Part shown: in pieces, positions 58,819 through 64,000 of the stretch | Layout of the letters: each line of letters begins with the position of its first letter | Position numbering within the stretch: position 1 is the first letter of the stretch | Assembly: GCA_964016885.1 (NCBI GenBank) | Contig: OZ024760.1 | Location: forward strand, 12,028,001 to 12,092,000 | From: Eledone cirrhosa | Lineage: Eukaryota | Length of the DNA stretch: 64,000 nt | Reading direction: 5' to 3' | Notes under the pieces: model-generated | What the model was told of the DNA's origin: nothing | Database searches by the model: none | The model's input: only the letters and a program-made list of their open reading frames with translations | Translations under genes and position numbers: made by a program

Positions 58819-60912
58819 CCCTTTAGCATTTACATTACTCTATATATACTATTGTATTTTCACAGTAAAGGCTTTACCTCGCATAATATCTCACATAACA
58901 TTTACATTACTCTATATATACTATTGTATTTTCACAGTAAAGGCTTTACCTCGCATAATATCTCACATAACATTTACATTACTCTATATATACTATTGTA
59001 TTTTCACAGTAAAGGCTTTACCTCGCATAATATCTCACATAGCATTTACATTACTCTATATATACTATTGTATTTTCACAGTAAAGGCTTTACCTCGCAT
59101 AATATCTCACATAACATTTACATTACTCTATATATACTATTGTATTTTCACAGTAAAGGCTTTACCTCACATAATATCTCACATAACATTTACATTACTC
59201 TATATATACTATTGTATTTTCACAGTAAAGGCTTTACCTCACATAATATCTCACATAACATTTACATTACTCTATATATACTATTGTATTTTCACAGTAA
59301 AGGCTTTACCTCGCATAATATCTCACATAACATTTACATTACTCTATATATACTATTGTATTTTCACAGTAAAGGCTTTACCTCACATAATATCTCACAT
59401 AACATTTACATTACTCTATATATACTATTGTATTTTCACAGTAAAGGCTTTACCTCGCATAATATCTCACATAACATTTACATTACTCTATATATACTAT
59501 TGTATTTTCACAGTAAAGGCTTTACCTCACATAATATCTCACATAACATTTACATTACTCTATATATACTATTGTATTTTCACAGTAAAGGCTTTACCTC
59601 ACATAATATCTCACATAACATTTACATTACTCTATATATACTATTGTATTTTCACAGTAAAGGCTTTACCTCACATAATATCTCACATAACATTTACATT
59701 ACTCTATATATACTATTGTATTTTCACAGTAAAGGCTTTACCTCGCATAATATCTCACATAACATTTACATTACTCTATATATACTATTGTATTTTCACA
59801 GTAAAGGCTTTACCTCACATAATATCTCACATAACATTTACATTACTCTATATATACTATTGTATTTTCACAGTAAAGGCTTTACCTCGCATAATATCTC
59901 ACATAACATTTACATTACTCTATATATACTATTGTATTTTCACAGTAAAGGCTTTACCTCACATAATATCTCACATAACATTTACATTACTCTATATATA
60001 CTATTGTATTTTCACAGTAAAGGCTTTACCTCGCATAATATCTCACATAACATTTACATTACTCTATATATACTATTGTATTTTCACAGTAAAGGCTTTA
60101 CCTCGCATAATATCTCACATAACATTTACATTACTCTATATATACTATTGTATTTTCACAGTAAAGGCTTTACCTCACATAATATCTCACATAACATTTA
60201 CATTACTCTATATATACTATTGTATTTTCACAGTAAAGGCTTTACCTCGCATAATATCTCACATAACATTTACATTACTCTATATATACTATTGTATTTT
60301 CACAGTAAAGGCTTTACCTCACATAATATCTCACATAACATTTACATTACTCTATATATACTATTGTATTTTCACAGTAAAGGCTTTACCTCACATAATA
60401 TCTCACATAACATTTACATTACTCTATATATACTATTGTATTTTCACAGTAAAGGCTTTACCTCACATAATATCTCACATAACATTTACATTACTCTATA
60501 TATACTATTGTATTTTCACAGTAAAGGCTTTACCTCACATAATATCTCACATAACATTTACATTACTCTATATATACTATTGTATTTTCACAGTAAAGGC
60601 TTTACCTCACATAATATCTCACATAACATTTACATTACTCTATATATACTATTGTATTTTCACAGTAAAGGCTTTACCTCGCATAATATCTCACATAACA
60701 TTTACATTACTCTATATATACTATTGTATTTTCACAGTAAAGGCTTTACCTCGCATAAATATCTCACATCAAACCTATGAGATTTTGATGATGTTATTAT
60801 TTACTTTGAAAACAAGACCTTAACATCAGTATGAGTGGCTAGTTACAGCAGGCTTGAAAAGAAAGAGGTGAGAGAATTCTGGCTGGATATGGCCTGTTTA
60901 AATGCTAAATGG
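58819..60912 (+). mobile_element. piggyBac-like MITE family 1 containing a ~27-copy 72-bp satellite array
   Basis: TTAA|CCCTTTAGCATTTA, then unit catttacattactctatatatactattgtattttcacagtaaaggctttacctc(a/g)cataatatctcacataa from 58827 to about 60769, then the normal right end ...TAAATGG|TTAA. Confidence 0.88.
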
Positions 60913-61053
60913 TTAAAGTTTTCACTCCAACAAAGTTCTACACATATAAATGTGTAAATATGTGTATTTTGTATATCTAATAATATATGGTATGTTTACA
61001 AATAAACATTTGGAAATCCCTCTGGCTATGAATATTGAAAGACTTACAGCTAA

Positions 61054-61066
61054 CGCCACCTAGCAG
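61054..61066. promoter_or_regulatory. Candidate CTCF-binding site
   Basis: CGCCACCTAGCAG resembles the CTCF core (CGCC[A/C]CCT[A/G]G[T/C]GG) with one mismatch and lies in non-repeat DNA. Confidence 0.3.
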
Positions 61067-62170
61067 ATTCCAGCAGAAAGATAATAAAATGTTGTTCTTC
61101 TTGTTGTTTACAAATAAACCAACAGTAGGTACAAACTACAAAACAGTTTATTTTTCGACACAAAACAGAAAGCTATAATTTCTTCTTGGGTTTATTGTAT
61201 TTTAGCTGATAGTAGTAGTTGGACATTTAAAACATTCTGTTGGATACTGGTGGTGGTGGAGGTGGTAGTAGTGGCTAGTGGTGGTGGTGGTGGTGGTGGC
61301 GGTGGTAGCAGTGGTAGTGGTGGTAGTAGTAGTAGTGGGGGTGGGGGTGCTGGTGGCTAGAGAGAATCAGCTATAACTAACTTATACAATAGAAATATTT
61401 CTACATTCTACACACTGTTAGGACTTCTGTAGAATGGCTGATCATAATGGTATGTTGAGAATGGAATTTCTCAAATATGTTTACAGTATCTTAATGACAA
61501 CAAGAAGCCATATACACAGCAATGAAAAAAAAAAAAACGAAAATATAGAAAAGAAAAGGAAATAAAAAATGGTGGCAAGTGGGAGAGTGGAGTAAACTAT
61601 AGACTGTTGGACAGTAATGTCTCTCAGCTGTGCCCTGCTGTGGGGTAAGATGGCAAAAGCATTGTCTTGGAGCTCCTTTCTTCTTCTTCTCAGGCAGTAA
61701 TGTGATGCCTTTATTCTCAATTTGGCAAAATGAAAAGAAAAAAAAGGAAAATAAAAGTGGCTGACCTAGGATTAAGGATGGCAGATGACTGTCTTAATTG
61801 TAACTGGCACCAAAAGAAGTGGTCATACAAACAAGGTTTTAGATTCTTTATGGTGGTGGTCAGTGGCATATTGCTGGAGGGGTGTCTGGGAGTTACCTTA
61901 GTCTCAATTTGGCAAAATGAAAAAAAAAATGGCTGACCTAGGATTAAGGACAGCAGATGACTGTCTTAATTGTAACTAGCATAAAAAGGAAACAGTCAAA
62001 CAAAGTTTTAGATGTGGCTGATTGGTTAGAGAACTGGATTCGCGATTGTGAGGTTGTCAGTTTAATTCCTGGACTGGGCAGTGTGTTATGTCTTTGAGCA
62101 ATGATATTGAAAAACCTTTTACAAATGGTCATTATTATTATCATCACCATTTTTGTGAATATATACATAA

Positions 62171-62210
<40 letters not shown>

Positions 62211-62255
62211 TATTTATATAAATGTATTCATTCATATTAAGGCTAAAAAGTGAGA

Positions 62256-62303
62256 CTTGCTACAGTGGAGTTTCACCTGTTTATCACAGGGTCATCAGGC
62301 AAG
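62256..62303 (-). ncRNA. Type I (minimal) hammerhead ribozyme motif, core intact
   Basis: Reverse strand reads CTTGC CTGATGA C CCTG-TGATAAA-CAGG T GAA AC-TCCACT-GT A GCAAG: 5-bp stem I, 4-bp stem II with a C.U closing mismatch, 2-bp stem III, GUA site. Confidence 0.72.
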
Positions 62304-62312
62304 AACAGATGG

Positions 62313-62370
<58 letters not shown>

Positions 62371-62404
62371 AAATGAAGTAATTCCATCAAATACGCCAGG
62401 ATTT

Positions 62405-62465
62405 TTTCATTCTGATGATTGAAAGCAAAATTTTTTTGCTTTTAAGAAACCACTGGTAAATGAAA
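62405..62465 (+). ncRNA. Type I hammerhead ribozyme motif, apparently intact
   Basis: Stem I TTTCATT/AATGAAA, core CTGATGA (62412-62418), 12-bp stem II TTGAAAGCAAAA/TTTTGCTTTTAA, GAA, stem III ACC-[ACT]-GGT, cleavage triplet GTA (62456-62458). Confidence 0.8.
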
Positions 62466-62490
62466 TAATTGCCTTATGTTGTTTATTACA

Positions 62491-62546
<56 letters not shown>

Positions 62547-63506
62547 ATCGTTTGGGGTGTTGTTTTCAAGGATGTGTATATTTATATATACTGTATATAT
62601 TGTATAGAAAAAGTTGTTACAGTGGTCATGTATGTATAATGAATGGTCAAGCTTTGTTTAATTGTCTCTAATTTTCCCAATTGACAAAATTCTTTTCTGG
62701 TTCATCAAATGAAGCATTTATTTGGTGAGACCCTCGTTCCACATGAACATTATTTGAATTGAAGAACTATAATGACCTGGAGGTCAATGTTTATCTTATG
62801 AAGCCAACATCAAAAGACATTCCATTCTCAGCATACCATTATTTCCAGCCATTCTACAGAATATCTACCATTATGTAAAAACATTTCTTGTATATAGTTA
62901 TAGCCAGGGTGGTGGGTCAGCAGTAATTGGTAGAGCGTCGGACAACATGCTCTGCGGCATAGAGTTACGGCCCTTTACGTTCTGAGTTCAAACCCCGCTG
63001 AGGCTAGCTTTGCCTTTCATCCTTACGGGGGTCGATAAAATAAAGTACCAGTAATGCACTGGGGTAATTGCTGGCCTTGTGCCAAAAGTAGAAACTATTC
63101 TATAGTGATGGCTGTTTTCCTTCATCCAACAAGCGCCACCACAAACACCACCACCACCACCACCAATACCACTACCACTACCACTACCACCGCCACCAAT
63201 ATCATCACCACCACCACCACCACCAATATCATCCCCCCCATACCACCACCACCGTCACTATACCACCACCACCAACACCAATATCATCATTACCACCACC
63301 ATACCCCCCCATACCACCACCATCACCACCACCACCACCACCATACCACCACCACCACCACCACTATACCACCACCACCAATACCAATATCATCACCACC
63401 ACCATACCACCACCACCACCACCACCATACTACCACCACCACCACTACCTCTATTTTCATTGCCCTAAAGGTTATTAAACAATGTTACCATCTATTGTGA
63501 TTTAGA

Positions 63507-64000
63507 ATGTCATCTGTTGTGTAGAACTCAATACCACTATTGTGGTGTCCTGTCTCTATGTCATCTGTTGTGTAGAACTCAATACCACTGTTGTGGTGTC
63601 CTGTCTCTATGTCATCTGTTGTGTAGAACTCAATACCACTATTGTGGTGTCCTGTCTCTATGTCATCTGTTGTGTAGAGCTCAATACCACTGTTGTGGTG
63701 TCCTGTCTCTATGTCATCTGTTGTGTAGAACTCAATACCACTACTGTGGTGTCCTGTCTCTATGTCATCTGTTGTGTAGAACTCAATACCACTGTTGGTG
63801 TCCTGTCTCTATGTCATCTGTTGTGTAGAACTCAATACCACTGTTGTGGTGTCCTGTCTCTATGTCATCTGTTGTGTAGAACTCAATACCACTATTGTGG
63901 TGTCCTGTCTCTATGTCATCTGTTGTGTAGAACTCAATACCACTATTGTGGTGTCCTGTCTCTATGTCATCTGTTGTGTAGAACTCAATACCACTATTGT
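63507..64000. repeat. 51-bp minisatellite, at least 9 copies, runs off the window end
   Basis: Unit atgtcatctgttgtgtagaactcaataccact(a/g)ttgtggtgtcctgtctct. Confidence 0.92.

Noticed and set aside
58553-60823. 756-aa and 642-aa ORFs (also 20334-20846)
   Set aside because: Translations of the stop-free 72-bp tandem unit inside a MITE, with no domain or splice context.

Overview
AT-rich, microsatellite-dense animal genomic DNA. The SINE/LINE/microsatellite repertoire suggests a coleoid cephalopod such as octopus (inference). Three protein-coding genes are supported. (1) The last coding exon of a POT1-like telomere protein gene (+, 93-296). (2) A complete inter-alpha-trypsin inhibitor heavy chain (ITIH)-like gene with 12 coding exons (-, 21592-2550). 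All introns are GT-AG and phase-consistent, giving 2520 nt / 839 aa with signal peptide, VIT, vWA/MIDAS, GDPH site and C-terminal domain. (3) The first coding exon of a claudin/PMP22-superfamily gene (+, 54403-54613). The rest is tRNA-derived SINEs, RTE- and CR1-type LINE fragments, TTAA-flanked piggyBac-like MITEs (two carrying 72-bp satellite arrays), Tc1/mariner-like MITEs, minisatellites and simple repeats. Almost all long ORFs in the track are repeat artefacts. The most striking unexplained signal is a set of short elements between (TA)n tracts, from several unrelated sequence families, that carry type I hammerhead ribozyme motifs. Two appear intact (62256-62303 on -, 62405-62465 on +) and about ten are decayed, truncated or folded back into long palindromes. 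They co-occur with many (TA)n-anchored inverted duplications of host DNA.
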